From Deinococcales bacterium (GTDB taxonomy: Bacteria > Deinococcota > Deinococci > Deinococcales > JAAFIG01): DNA of 64,000 nucleotides. Position numbers and translations under genes: made by a program. The DNA is taken from positions 1 to 64,000 of the forward strand of contig JANNVX010000015.1 in NCBI GenBank assembly GCA_031414595.1, given 5' to 3'. The notes beneath the pieces were generated by a model, which made no database searches, was not told the origin of the DNA, and worked only from the letters and a program-made list of their open reading frames with translations. Position 1 is the stretch's first letter; every line of letters starts with the position of its first letter. Below, one piece after another: positions 38,001 through 48,148 of the stretch.

Positions 38001-39254
38001 ATGACCGCTCTTCCTAAAATTTCACCCCATATTTTTGGCTGGTATGCCGTAGCTGCTTTTACAAACCTCAGTCTAGGCTTAACGGCTGCCCTTAAATTTG
38101 TGGATGGTAACCTAGCCCTGCTGCTGGTTCTCTCGAGTACCGTTGTGGTGATTGCCCTTGCATGGGCAACCTTGGCGCAGACTGGACAGAACTGGGTTTA
38201 TGCAAGTAGCCTTGGTGTGGCTGTCTCGAGCTTGCTGGCGGTGTTCTTGGGCGCTTGGGCATGGTTGTTGCCCGGCGTGGTGGCTTTTATCACCATGCTA
38301 CCGTTGCTGTTGCGGGCTGGCAACTTACCGCGAGGAGCAGAAGCCGACCTCTGGGGTTGGATTTTTGTTTTCCCAGCCGTGTTTTTACTGATTGTTTGGC
38401 ACTTTGCACCTGCTTTGTATGCTTTGGTCTTGTCTTTTTTGAAAAACTTTAATTTCCTTAAACCCCCAGAATTCGCTGGTTTTGAAAATTATACCGTCTT
38501 GTTGCGTGACCCAGTGTTCTGGCAGAGTTTACTCAATAGCTTTTGGTATGTGGTTGGAACTGTTCCAGTCGGCATTTTTATCGCCACGATTACGGCTATT
38601 TTACTGAACGAAAAAGTCAGGGGTTTACCGATATTTCGCACCCTTTACTTTTTGCCTTATGTGACCGCATTAACAGCCGCCGCCGCCGTTTGGAAATGGA
38701 TTTACAACCCAGAATTTGGTTTACTCAACGCTGCCCTAGGTACAAAAGTGGCTTGGCTCGAGAACCCCAATGGTCTTTTTGCAATTATTTCTGGTCTCGA
38801 GTTACCACAATGGGCAGCCGGACCGAGTGTGGCATTGTGTGCGATTATGGTCATGAGCATTTGGCATCACCTTGGCTACAGCGTGGTGATTTTACTGGCT
38901 GGCTTACAAACCATCCCGCCCGAATACTACGAAGCCGCCAGTTTAGATGGGGCAACATGGTGGGATAAAGTACGGCACATCACTTTCCCGCTTCTGAGCG
39001 CCACGACGTTTTTTCTAGCGATTACTGGTTTAATTGGGGCTTTTCAGGTCTTTACCCAAATACTGGTGCTAACCCCAGATGGTGGGCAACTAAAAGACAC
39101 CACCACGATTGTTAAATACCTATACGACAAAGGTTTCCGCGACAGCAATTACAGCTATGCCAGTGCCATGGCATTTGCTCTTTTTGTGCTGGTTTTTGTG
39201 ATGACAATGGTTCAAAATAGGATTCTCAGTAAGCGCGTGACCTACGATATTTAA
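38001..39254 (+). CDS. Sugar ABC transporter permease with N-terminal TM extension (orphan here)
   Basis: EAA loop YYEAASLDGA; FRTLYFLP motif. Confidence 0.9.
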   Translation: MTALPKISPHIFGWYAVAAFTNLSLGLTAALKFVDGNLALLLVLSSTVVVIALAWATLAQTGQNWVYASSLGVAVSSLLAVFLGAWAWLLPGVVAFITMLPLLLRAGNLPRGAEADLWGWIFVFPAVFLLIVWHFAPALYALVLSFLKNFNFLKPPEFAGFENYTVLLRDPVFWQSLLNSFWYVVGTVPVGIFIATITAILLNEKVRGLPIFRTLYFLPYVTALTAAAAVWKWIYNPEFGLLNAALGTKVAWLENPNGLFAIISGLELPQWAAGPSVALCAIMVMSIWHHLGYSVVILLAGLQTIPPEYYEAASLDGATWWDKVRHITFPLLSATTFFLAITGLIGAFQVFTQILVLTPDGGQLKDTTTIVKYLYDKGFRDSNYSYASAMAFALFVLVFVMTMVQNRILSKRVTYDI

Positions 39255-40360
39255 TTTAACAAATGTGTCACATCCACCGCCCGTAACTCGGGGGCTTTTT
39301 GTTCTGGCAGCACATCCATTGCCACCAAGCCCGCGCCCAGTTCTGTGCCAGCCAAGTATTTGAGTTTATCTTTGGTGCGGTACGGCGGGTAAAACTCGAG
39401 GTGAAGATGGGCTTCTGGGTGGGCTTGTCCGTCGGTTGGGGCTTGGTGCATGACCATCAGGTACGGAAAAATCGGGCGATTATCAAACATATGGTCAAAC
39501 TTTAAGAGCAGTGTTTTTAGCACTAGCGCCAAGTCTTTACGTTCTAAGTCTGTTAGCTCGAGTAAACTGGCTTTGGGGGCAATCGGGGCTATCCAAGTTT
39601 CAAATGGGTACCTCGAGAAAGCTGGAATAAAAGCAATCACCGTTTCAGTTTGCACCACGACTCGTTCGCCAGATTCGATTTCGGCTCTTATAATCCCCTC
39701 GAGTAAACCCTGCCCTGTTTTTGCAAAGTGGGCAGTCTGCATCTCGAGTTCACGCGCTGGGACTGGTGGGATATGGTCATAGGCATAGATTTGCCCATGC
39801 GGATGATGCAGCGTCACCCCCATTTCTACACCGCGATTCTCGAAGGGCATGATGTATTTAATTTGTTCAAGTAAGCCAAGTTCGCGGTAACGGTCAGTCC
39901 AAACCTCGAGCAACAATTCGATTTGTGCCAAGGGTAGCCGCCCAAGACTCGAGTTTGCATCATTATCAAAAACCACGACTTCGCATTTGCCAACACCCGC
40001 TACAGTTGGGACAAGCCCAGCATCTAGGGCTTCGGGCGGGTTGTGGGCATCGAGTTCTAAACTCGGGAAACGATTATCAAAAACCGCAATTTCATAATCC
40101 CCAACGGGTAACTCTGTAGGGATTTCTGGGTTGGTCATTCGAGCAAGCGGGTTGTAATCGGGTGGTGGTAAAAACGGACGACTCTGGCGGTGAGCCGCAA
40201 AAGTAATCCATTCACCACGAAGCGGATGCCAACGCATGTGTGGATTGCCAACAATTGGTTCATTGCCCGGACTCGGGGCAACAATGCCGTCTGGAATGGG
40301 CATACTCGAGTACAGATGAAGGGCGCGACCATCTGGCTTGGTTAAGGTTTTTTTATGCAC
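39251..40360 (-). CDS. galT: Galactose-1-phosphate uridylyltransferase
   Basis: RWHPLRGEW and FENRG-GVTLHHPHGQ (HPH nucleophile motif). Confidence 0.93.
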   Translation of the reverse strand: MHKKTLTKPDGRALHLYSSMPIPDGIVAPSPGNEPIVGNPHMRWHPLRGEWITFAAHRQSRPFLPPPDYNPLARMTNPEIPTELPVGDYEIAVFDNRFPSLELDAHNPPEALDAGLVPTVAGVGKCEVVVFDNDANSSLGRLPLAQIELLLEVWTDRYRELGLLEQIKYIMPFENRGVEMGVTLHHPHGQIYAYDHIPPVPARELEMQTAHFAKTGQGLLEGIIRAEIESGERVVVQTETVIAFIPAFSRYPFETWIAPIAPKASLLELTDLERKDLALVLKTLLLKFDHMFDNRPIFPYLMVMHQAPTDGQAHPEAHLHLEFYPPYRTKDKLKYLAGTELGAGLVAMDVLPEQKAPELRAVDVTHLLN

Positions 40361-40388
40361 GGCTTTATTGTATCAGGTGGCTCGAGTT

Positions 40389-40943
40389 TTACTGTGTATT
40401 GATAACACTTATGTCGTCTATGCAAAAAACCGAGGGTTTAGAACCTCTAAAATCGGCTTTTAAGTACATGGCAACTTCTTGCCCGCCGTTGACAGCAATA
40501 CCTTTACGATTGGTAATATCTATTTTGCGAGTCAAGTACCTGTCTCGAGTATCGCCTGTGGTAATGGTTGAACCGACCAAGGCTTCACCATTTCCAACAA
40601 AAACCTTAAAAGAATTGGCACTTGTCCCTGTATTTTCTAGGGTGTCCACCCGAACTGAAAACTCGAGGGTGGTTGTGCCTTTATTTGGGACGATAAAATC
40701 TTGCCCAATGTCAGGTTCGGCAAATTCACCTTGGGTACTAAGCGCACCATACGCTGCACCATTTTTTGCACAATAAGCCTGTGTTCCTCGAGAAGCCTTA
40801 TTAGAACTATACCTCCAGCCTGTATTGGTTTCAAAACCACCATTGATGATGAGTTCAGTGGTAATTGGTGTTGGAGGTGTAGGGCAGGCGACTAAGCCAA
40901 AACTGAGCAGTAAACCAGTTACAGAAATAATTTTGTTGTTCAT
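40389..40943 (-). CDS. Putative lipoprotein with CBM-like beta-sandwich
   Basis: Lipobox LVAC, Pro/Thr linker, LIINGGFE; RBS AAGGAG before ATG 40943. Confidence 0.7.
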   Translation of the reverse strand: MNNKIISVTGLLLSFGLVACPTPPTPITTELIINGGFETNTGWRYSSNKASRGTQAYCAKNGAAYGALSTQGEFAEPDIGQDFIVPNKGTTTLEFSVRVDTLENTGTSANSFKVFVGNGEALVGSTITTGDTRDRYLTRKIDITNRKGIAVNGGQEVAMYLKADFRGSKPSVFCIDDISVINTQ

Positions 40944-40992
40944 AGACTTCTCCTTTAGACCAAGTATGAAGTATGGGTGGTTACACCCTTGT

Positions 40993-43900
40993 CTAAGGAA
41001 CTGGCATTTTTGCCGTTTGTACCAAAAAGTCCGACCAGTGTAGCGGTAATTGCTCGCCAATTTCTTTCATTTGTTCTCGGGTTTTTTCGTAAGCTCGGGC
41101 TAAAGACTTATAATTTTTGTTTTTTAGTAACGCCTGTAACCACAGCCGTATCGCCTCGAGGTGGTATGGGTCGGACTCGAGTAAAATGCGCGTAATCCGG
41201 ATCGCTTCGCCCGTGTCGGTCTCGAGCAACTGATTGGCTTGTTCAATTAGGGCTTGGTGGAGTGTTTCGCGCAAGCTGTCGTCTCGTTTGATGGCAATGC
41301 CTTCTAAGTAAATTCCTGTCCATAATTGGGTGTTTTTGGTGCTTAGGAATTCTTCGACATCGGTGCTGAATTCGCCAAGGGCATAACCATTGGGCGTGGT
41401 GATGATCGTGTTTTCACCATGGCTTTTTCGGACTTGGTAAATGGTTTTTCGCAATGCACCGGCGGCTTGAAACTCGTTTTCGTTTGGGTACAGCGCATCG
41501 AGTAAATCTAAGCGCCGTATTTCGTTGCGCCCAGCGATTCGAGCCTCGAGCAGAACCGCAAATAATTCTTTGCGTTTTGTGCCTTTAATCAGTTCGTTTT
41601 CGATTCGTAGGTTGCCAAGAGCCGATAAGTATTTTTTTGGCAGGCTGATGGTGCTTATTTGATGCTCGAGTTGTGGGTAGAGCCGCAGTGCAACATTGGC
41701 ATAGTACAAACTCTCAGATTTTCGTAATTCCTCGAGGTAGCCTCGAGCCATTTGGTAATTGGCATTGCGGCATTCGTGTTCCAAAGCATAAAAATTTGCA
41801 TCTGGCAAACTGCCACCAGCCCGTAAGCGTTTTTCGGCTTCTAGTAAGGCTTGTGTGGCTTCGGGTTGTCGTCCCAAGGCGTTGAGGGCTTGGTAACGGG
41901 CATGGTGCGGATAATTTTGCATGGCAGGGTAGTTCAGTTCATTTCCCATAGCCAAGGCTTCATCGGCTAATACCAGCCCTTGGGTAGGATTGCCAAACAG
42001 CGTCAGTGATTTAGACAACTGGTACAAACAATTGTTAATTAAACGCGGATTTTGAATAGCTCGAGCCACTTCTAAGCCTTTACGGGCGAATTTTAGGGCT
42101 AACATTGGGGCGTAAGGAATATCCCAACCTCGGTACAAATAACTTAGGTGATTGCAAACTTCAATGTGCAGACCCGTTGGCTGGTTACGAGCATAGTGGC
42201 TTTCGGTCTCGAGCAAATGCTGTTCGGCTTCTTGGTACTGGGCAAGTTCGGTGTAAATCGCGTAGGTCAGAATCGCACACGTCCAATAATGCTGATTGCC
42301 CGCTTTTTCAAACAGATTCATGGCATTTTGGCAGTTTTCGGCAGCTAAACGCGGTGCGCCTGAATAATACAAATCTGAACCCAAACGGTACAAAACAAAA
42401 GCAATACCTTGTTCGTCGCCAAGTTTTTTGTAGATTTGTAACGCTTTGGTAAAATCTTGGTGTTCGACCCCCAAGTAAGTATTTAGCCGTCCTCGAGCCA
42501 GTAGCGCATCAGCTTTATGATTTTCTTGGTCGGCGATGATAAGCACTTTCTCGAGAATTATGGCGGCTTTCTTAAAATGACTTAGGGTTGTTAAACTGCT
42601 CGCCAGCAATAACCAGAAACGTGCATTGCGACTTTCTTGTAAGGCAGGCGACCGTTCAAAAAAACAAACTGCCTCGGCTGCGTTCTCGGCTAAACTCCGA
42701 ATCATCACCTGATGCTCAAGCCACAACAGTTGTTGTTGGTCTGGTATGGACTGGAGTAACTGTTCGGCTTTGGTGTATTGTCCAATTTTAGCCAACACAC
42801 ACGCCCACTCAAAAGTATCGTTGGCATTTGCATTTTGAGTAGCCGCAAATAAAGCCGCCGCTTTGACCATCTGAAAAGGCAACACCAAATGCGCCATTTC
42901 TCGAGCCAGATTGGACTGTTCGGGTTGGTGGTAAAACGGTAAGGCTTGCAGGGTTAAATCGGCGGCTAACGAATAATTTTTGTTGTTTTGAGCTGCAAAA
43001 ATAGCTTGCTCGAGGTATTCTTTTTGGGTTGCTTCGGGCAATTCTGCCATTTTCAAATACCCAACTCGAGCCAAGGGCTGGTCTTTGAGGGCTTCTATAA
43101 TGCGTCTGGCTAAGGTTTTTTGTTGGGCTGATGGAATGATTTGCTGTGTGACTTCTTGAAATAATGGATGGCGCAGTTCATCCCTGACTAAAATCCCTGC
43201 TTGTTCTAAATTGATTCGAGCCAGTAACAATTGGTCTGGTGTTAAATCCGCTACCAATGCCCAAAAATCAAAGTTTGAATCTGGTGGAATCATTGCCTTG
43301 GCATACAGCGCTTGGGCGACAAGCGTATCTTTGGTCAAATGCAATACCGATTGCTCAATCAGCACTTCGATGGTGATTGGTAAAATGCTTTTTTCGGGTT
43401 CATGCCAACGCCATTGCCGACCATCGTTCCATAAATAACCTTGTTGCCTTAAAAACCGCACAAACTCGAGGCTGAACAGTGGATTACCTGTTGTTCGGGC
43501 AAATAACCAATCAAGAGCTTGACTTGGTAAAACTGCCAAAAATTCGGTCTCGAGCAGTAGTTTGGTGTTTTCTTGGTTCAAGGACTCGAGTCTAAGCGCT
43601 TCAAAAGGTTCGGGTGGCAAGTGGCGACTGGTAACCAGTAAACCCACGCCTTTGCTGCGAGTTATACGCACCGCCAATTCTTGTACCAATTCGAGTTGAC
43701 CGCCACTGACTTCATGAATATCTTCTAAGTGCAGGATAACTGGTGCAAGCCCGCCCAAAACTGCCACAATGGTATCTATTATTTTGATTGGTTCAACAAA
43801 TTCATGTCGTTGCAGATTTTGGATCACTCGAGTACAAAATTCTGGAAGTTTACTCGGGCGTGGCAAATGCAGTAAACACTGCCCAAAGTCAAGGCTTGCA

Positions 43901-44079
43901 TGAACACTTAAAGATTGGAACGAAAGTTCGCTAAAAAGTTGTTGTACAGCGTGTGTTTTACCAATGCCTGCTTCGCCCCACAAGCCCAGCAACAAACCAT
44001 TTCGCTTAAACGGCAGCGCTTTACAGCGTTTTTGTAACCATGTGCGTTGAGACTCCCGATTCTCTACTTTTGCACGCAT
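40993..44079 (-). CDS. ATPase-TPR protein with C-terminal winged-helix/BTAD-like module
   Basis: Walker A GEAGIGKT, Walker B LEDIH, GNPLF; TPR-like helices; C-terminal LLDALYP...TTPNGY...DVEEFL. Confidence 0.82.
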   Translation of the reverse strand: MRAKVENRESQRTWLQKRCKALPFKRNGLLLGLWGEAGIGKTHAVQQLFSELSFQSLSVHASLDFGQCLLHLPRPSKLPEFCTRVIQNLQRHEFVEPIKIIDTIVAVLGGLAPVILHLEDIHEVSGGQLELVQELAVRITRSKGVGLLVTSRHLPPEPFEALRLESLNQENTKLLLETEFLAVLPSQALDWLFARTTGNPLFSLEFVRFLRQQGYLWNDGRQWRWHEPEKSILPITIEVLIEQSVLHLTKDTLVAQALYAKAMIPPDSNFDFWALVADLTPDQLLLARINLEQAGILVRDELRHPLFQEVTQQIIPSAQQKTLARRIIEALKDQPLARVGYLKMAELPEATQKEYLEQAIFAAQNNKNYSLAADLTLQALPFYHQPEQSNLAREMAHLVLPFQMVKAAALFAATQNANANDTFEWACVLAKIGQYTKAEQLLQSIPDQQQLLWLEHQVMIRSLAENAAEAVCFFERSPALQESRNARFWLLLASSLTTLSHFKKAAIILEKVLIIADQENHKADALLARGRLNTYLGVEHQDFTKALQIYKKLGDEQGIAFVLYRLGSDLYYSGAPRLAAENCQNAMNLFEKAGNQHYWTCAILTYAIYTELAQYQEAEQHLLETESHYARNQPTGLHIEVCNHLSYLYRGWDIPYAPMLALKFARKGLEVARAIQNPRLINNCLYQLSKSLTLFGNPTQGLVLADEALAMGNELNYPAMQNYPHHARYQALNALGRQPEATQALLEAEKRLRAGGSLPDANFYALEHECRNANYQMARGYLEELRKSESLYYANVALRLYPQLEHQISTISLPKKYLSALGNLRIENELIKGTKRKELFAVLLEARIAGRNEIRRLDLLDALYPNENEFQAAGALRKTIYQVRKSHGENTIITTPNGYALGEFSTDVEEFLSTKNTQLWTGIYLEGIAIKRDDSLRETLHQALIEQANQLLETDTGEAIRITRILLESDPYHLEAIRLWLQALLKNKNYKSLARAYEKTREQMKEIGEQLPLHWSDFLVQTAKMPVP

Positions 44080-44121
44080 TCGCCACTATACCCGAATTTA
44101 GAAATTAAGCTGTTAATAACG

Positions 44122-45741
44122 CTACATTTTATACTGCTTATACTGATGTAAAAGGGCGTTGGTGCTGCTGTCTTGTTCTGTCGGTGCTGCTTGACCCTCG
44201 AGCAATTGCGGGGCGATATTTTGGGCTAAGACTTTGCCAAGCTCCACGCCCCATTGGTCAAAGCTGTTCACATCCCAAATAATGCCTTGCACAAAAACCT
44301 TATGCTCGTACAGGGCTACCAACGCGCCAAGTGTAAATGGGTTTAGTTCTTTTGCCAAAATGGTGTTACTCGGCTTATTGCCCGCAAAAACTTTGTGCGC
44401 TATCAGTTCAGGTTTCACGCCGTCTCGAGCCACCTCTTCGGGCATTTTGCCAAATGCCAGCGCTTGGGTTTGGGCAAAAACATTGGCTAATAAAATTTCA
44501 TGGTGGTTAGACAGTGGGTTTAAGCTCTGTGAAAAAGTAATAAAATCACAGGGAATCAGTTTAGAACCCTGATGGATTAACTGATAAAAGGCGTGTTGAC
44601 CATTTGTGCCGGGCTGCCCCCAAATAATTTGCCCAGTCTGATAGTCGGTTCTCGAGCCGAGTAAAGTGGTGGTTTTGCCGTTACTTTCCATATCGAGTTG
44701 CTGCAAATAAGCACTAAAATAGGTCAGGTAGTGGTCGTATGGCAGTACCGCATGGCTGGCTGCTCCAAAAAAATTGTTGTACCAAATGCCGAGTAACCCA
44801 AGAATAATGGGCATGTTCTGATCTAGAGGTGCGGTGCGAAAATGTGTGTCCATGCTTCTAAAACCCTCGAGCATGGCGTGATAGTTTTGTTCACCAATCG
44901 CAATCATTAAACTTAAACCGACCGCCGAAGTCATGCTATAGCGCCCTCCAACCCAATCCCAAAAGCCAAACATATTCTTGGTGTCAATGCCAAACTCTGC
45001 CACGGCTTTGGCATTGGTACTGACGGCAACAAAGTGCTTTGATATTGCATCCTCGTCTTTTAAGACTCCCAAACTCCAAGCCCGTGCCGAACGTGCATTG
45101 GTCATGGTTTCTTGGGTGGTAAAAGTTTTAGAGCAAATGATAAACAGGGTTTCTTCGGGGTCTAAGTCGCGGGTATTTTCGGTAAAATCGGTGCTGTCAA
45201 CGTTCGATACAAAACGAAATGTCAGATTTCGGCTCGAGTAAAACCCAAGGGCTTTATACGCCATCACAGGACCTAAATCAGAGCCACCAATCCCGATGTT
45301 GACAATGTTTTTAATCGGTTTATTGGTATGCCCAAGCCAAGTCTGATTGCGGATTTGTTCGGCAAAAAGCGCCATGCTGTCTAGCACTGCGTACACTTCG
45401 GGGATAACATTAGTTCCATCTACCCGAACATCGGCATCTCGAGCCGCCCGAAGTGCCGTGTGTAGCACCGCTCGGTTTTCGGTGGTGTTGATTTTTTGCC
45501 CCACAAACATGGCTTCGCGTTTCTGCTCGAGTCTGGAGGTTTTGGCTAACTCGAGCAGTAAGCTCATGGTTTTATCCGTGACTCGGTTTTTAGAGTAATC
45601 CAAATACAATCCAGCCGCCTCGAGTGAAAACCGAGTGCCACGAGAAGCATCCAAGTCAAATAATTCGCGCAAATGGGTGTCTTTAATTTCTTGGTGGTGT
45701 TGCTCGAGTGCCTGCCAAGCTGCTGATTGTGTGATTGACAT
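44122..45741 (-). CDS. pgi: Glucose-6-phosphate isomerase
   Basis: [22 protein letters not shown] and DQWGVELGK motifs; RBS AGGAG before ATG 45741. Confidence 0.97.
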   Translation of the reverse strand: MSITQSAAWQALEQHHQEIKDTHLRELFDLDASRGTRFSLEAAGLYLDYSKNRVTDKTMSLLLELAKTSRLEQKREAMFVGQKINTTENRAVLHTALRAARDADVRVDGTNVIPEVYAVLDSMALFAEQIRNQTWLGHTNKPIKNIVNIGIGGSDLGPVMAYKALGFYSSRNLTFRFVSNVDSTDFTENTRDLDPEETLFIICSKTFTTQETMTNARSARAWSLGVLKDEDAISKHFVAVSTNAKAVAEFGIDTKNMFGFWDWVGGRYSMTSAVGLSLMIAIGEQNYHAMLEGFRSMDTHFRTAPLDQNMPIILGLLGIWYNNFFGAASHAVLPYDHYLTYFSAYLQQLDMESNGKTTTLLGSRTDYQTGQIIWGQPGTNGQHAFYQLIHQGSKLIPCDFITFSQSLNPLSNHHEILLANVFAQTQALAFGKMPEEVARDGVKPELIAHKVFAGNKPSNTILAKELNPFTLGALVALYEHKVFVQGIIWDVNSFDQWGVELGKVLAQNIAPQLLEGQAAPTEQDSSTNALLHQYKQYKM

Positions 45742-45837
45742 AAAACTCCTTTGGGGATGGCTAATTTTCTTATTTTTGATTGTGGGAAAATCACTTTTCA
45801 CAAGGCGAGGCTTCTTGACCATATACGCGCACCTTAC

Positions 45838-45864
45838 GGGCATGGTCGCATGCCTCGCCCCTAC
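45838..45864 (-). repeat. Degenerate single GTAG REP
   Basis: Minus strand GTAGGGGCGAGGCATGCGACCATGCCC. Confidence 0.6.
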
Positions 45865-45881
45865 GGTTTATCGAATAAATT

Positions 45882-45930
45882 GAAAGAGGAAAGCGGATAT
45901 TTAATTCCTCTTTCCTCTTTCCTCTTTCCT
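45882..45930. repeat. Heptamer-repeat hairpin downstream of citrate synthase
   Basis: GAAAGAGGAAAGCGGA paired with (TTCCTCT)3. Confidence 0.6.
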
Positions 45931-47100
45931 TCACCTCTGCTCGAGTGGAATCCAATGTGCATCCGAAGGACCCGTATAATTGGCGGTCGGTCGCAAAATA
46001 CTGTTTTTATGGGTGTATTCGATGATGCTGGCTGTCCAACCTGCAATTCTCGAGAGTGCGAATATCGGGGTGAAGAAAGATTTTGGTAAGCCAAGGTCGG
46101 AGTAAACCACACCACTGTAAAAATCCACGTTAGGGTAAATGCCGCGACTGCCAAGGCGAGCCACAACAATCTCTTCGACTTTTTCGAGTGTGCTGTACGC
46201 TATGCTTTTACCGTGTTTATTGGCAACCACTTCGGCATATTCTTTAAGGACTCGAGAACGCGGGTCAAAGAATTTATAGACTGCGTGTCCGACCCCCATG
46301 ATTTTCTCTTTTCTCTCGAGTTTGGCGTTGATAAACGCTTCGGCATTTTCTGGACTGCCAATCAAAGCCAACATGTCCATCACAGCTTCGTTTGCTCCAC
46401 CGTGCAGTGGACCTTTTAAGCTACCTATCGCACTGGTGACACTCGAGTACATATCCGATAAAGTGCTGGCAGTGGCGATGCCTGTAAAGGTACTGGCGTT
46501 CATACCGTGGTCAGCGTGGAGAATTAAAGCAATATCAAATAATCTGGCTTGCTCGAGACTCGGTTCGGCATCGTGCAGCATGTACAAGAAGTTTGCTGCA
46601 TGACTTAATTCTGACTTTGGAGCGATTGGCTCTAGTCCTTGTTGTAAACGAAACAGGGCAGCGATAATTGTGGCGGTTTGGGCGGTTAAATTTAGCGCCT
46701 TGTCGAGTTTGCCGCTTTCGCTCACGTCATCGGCATGGTCATCAAACATTGCTAGGCTCGAGATGGCGGTTCGCAGGGCGTGCATCGGATGTAGGTTTTT
46801 TGGGTATAAACGCATCAGGGCGGTTAAACCACTGGGAATAACCCGGCGGGCTTTTAGCGCCAAATCAAAGGTCTCGAGTTCGGTTTGGCTGGGAAGACGA
46901 GCATTAAAGAGCAGAAAAGCCGTTTCTTCATAGGTGCTGTTCTCGGCGAGTTCTTGAATTGGAATGCCGACATATTTGAGGATTCCTTTTTCACCATCTA
47001 TAAATGAGAGCTTGGATTCGGTAAAAACCACGCCTTTTAACCCGTCCATGACGGCTGGCTTGGTGCTAATAGAAACATCTTGCGGGGTTGGTTGACTCAC
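45931..47100 (-). CDS. gltA: Citrate synthase
   Basis: HADHGMNAST, GPLHGGANE, GVGHAVY, DPR and YPNVDFYSG motifs. Confidence 0.93.
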   Translation of the reverse strand: MSQPTPQDVSISTKPAVMDGLKGVVFTESKLSFIDGEKGILKYVGIPIQELAENSTYEETAFLLFNARLPSQTELETFDLALKARRVIPSGLTALMRLYPKNLHPMHALRTAISSLAMFDDHADDVSESGKLDKALNLTAQTATIIAALFRLQQGLEPIAPKSELSHAANFLYMLHDAEPSLEQARLFDIALILHADHGMNASTFTGIATASTLSDMYSSVTSAIGSLKGPLHGGANEAVMDMLALIGSPENAEAFINAKLERKEKIMGVGHAVYKFFDPRSRVLKEYAEVVANKHGKSIAYSTLEKVEEIVVARLGSRGIYPNVDFYSGVVYSDLGLPKSFFTPIFALSRIAGWTASIIEYTHKNSILRPTANYTGPSDAHWIPLEQR

Positions 47101-47244
47101 TTTTAAGCTCCTTTGATTTTGGCACAGCCTTCAAAGTATTTTACACCTCGAGCCGTGCTGAATTACAGGTGTTTCTTAAGGAGTGATTAGAATACGTGCT
47201 TAAAGGTAAAACACAAAACGCAAACGTTTGTTACTTAAATCAAT

Positions 47245-47270
47245 AAAAAAGGGCGAACTTATGTTCGCCC
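47245..47270 (-). terminator. Intrinsic terminator of csp copy 1
   Basis: GGGCGAAC-N4-GTTCGCCC followed by T6 on the minus strand. Confidence 0.85.
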
Positions 47271-47288
47271 GAAAGTGGTCTGGTCGGA

Positions 47289-47495
47289 TTAAGCGCGGGT
47301 CACATTCGCTGCTTGTGGACCTTTGCCGTTCTTACCGTTTTCGATCTCGAGTTTTACACGAGTACCTTCTTCGAGATTACGGTAGCCATCACCTTGAATT
47401 GCGCTGAAATGCACAAATACATCTGGTTGACCTTCGACGCTGATAAAACCATAACCTTTTTCTGAGCTGAACCATTTAACTACACCTTCAATCAT
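47289..47495 (-). CDS. Cold-shock protein (copy 1)
   Basis: RNP1 KGYGFI and RNP2 VFVHF. Confidence 0.96.
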   Translation of the reverse strand: MIEGVVKWFSSEKGYGFISVEGQPDVFVHFSAIQGDGYRNLEEGTRVKLEIENGKNGKGPQAANVTRA

Positions 47496-47604
47496 GAAAC
47501 TCCTTGCCGCTAATTATTGCGGGTACAACATAGCCAAGAACCACATCTGCTTGAGAATTCGCTTTGCATTTCACAAAGGCTCTCAAGTCGAACCCCGACT
47601 AGGC
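47496..47604 (-). promoter_or_regulatory. Structured 5' leader of csp copy 1
   Basis: -10 TATAGT at 47611-47616; stems covary with the leader of copy 2. Confidence 0.7.
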
Positions 47605-47666
47605 TCTATTACTATAGCAGATAATTGCCAAGTGTGTATGGGGTAATAAAATGTTGTAGTCGGTAC

Positions 47667-47692
47667 AAAAAGGGCGAACAGAATGTTCGCCC
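47667..47692 (-). terminator. Intrinsic terminator of csp copy 2
   Basis: GGGCGAAC-N5-GTTCGCCC followed by T5 on the minus strand. Confidence 0.85.
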
Positions 47693-47729
47693 GAGTGAGG
47701 TCTTAAAATTGCGCTAGAGGCTGGTTGTC

Positions 47730-47936
47730 TTAAGCGCGGTTGACGTTGGCTGCTTGTGGACCTTTGCCGTTCTTACCGTTTTCGATCTCGAGTTTTACGC
47801 GAGTACCTTCTTCGAGATTACGGTAGCCATCACCTTGAATTGCGCTGAAATGCACAAATACATCTGGTTGACCTTCGACGCTGATAAAACCATAACCTTT
47901 TTCCGAACTGAACCATTTAACTACACCTTCGACCAT
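47730..47936 (-). CDS. Cold-shock protein (copy 2)
   Basis: 66 of 68 aa identical to copy 1; RBS AAGGAG before ATG 47936. Confidence 0.96.
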   Translation of the reverse strand: MVEGVVKWFSSEKGYGFISVEGQPDVFVHFSAIQGDGYRNLEEGTRVKLEIENGKNGKGPQAANVNRA

Positions 47937-48045
47937 GAAACTCCTTGCCGCTTTTCCTGCGGATAAAACCTGACTCGAGGACTGCATCTGCTCGAGTCTG
48001 ACCGCCGCATTTCACGGGGTCTCTCGAGTCGAAACTCGACCAAGC
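47937..48045 (-). promoter_or_regulatory. Structured 5' leader of csp copy 2
   Basis: -10 TACACT at 48052-48057, at the same 116-nt offset from the ATG as in copy 1. Confidence 0.7.
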
Positions 48046-48100
48046 AACAGTAGTGTAGCATAGAATTCAAGACTTTGTGCCTTTCGTAAACGTTTGTTAA

Positions 48101-48145
48101 ATTAGATTTGGATATAATCAAGCCATTAGATTTGGATATAATCAA
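48101..48145 (+). repeat. Tandem 21-bp direct repeat containing TATAAT (duplicated promoter)
   Basis: ATTAGATTTGGATATAATCAA at 48101-48121 and 48125-48145. Confidence 0.9.
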
Positions 48146-48148
48146 CCA

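Noticed and set aside
47560-47575. The csp leader loop GUGAAAUGC resembles the 16S rRNA 690 loop
   Set aside because: Only 9 nt. Complementarity to the csp coding region explains it more simply, and there is no other rRNA similarity.
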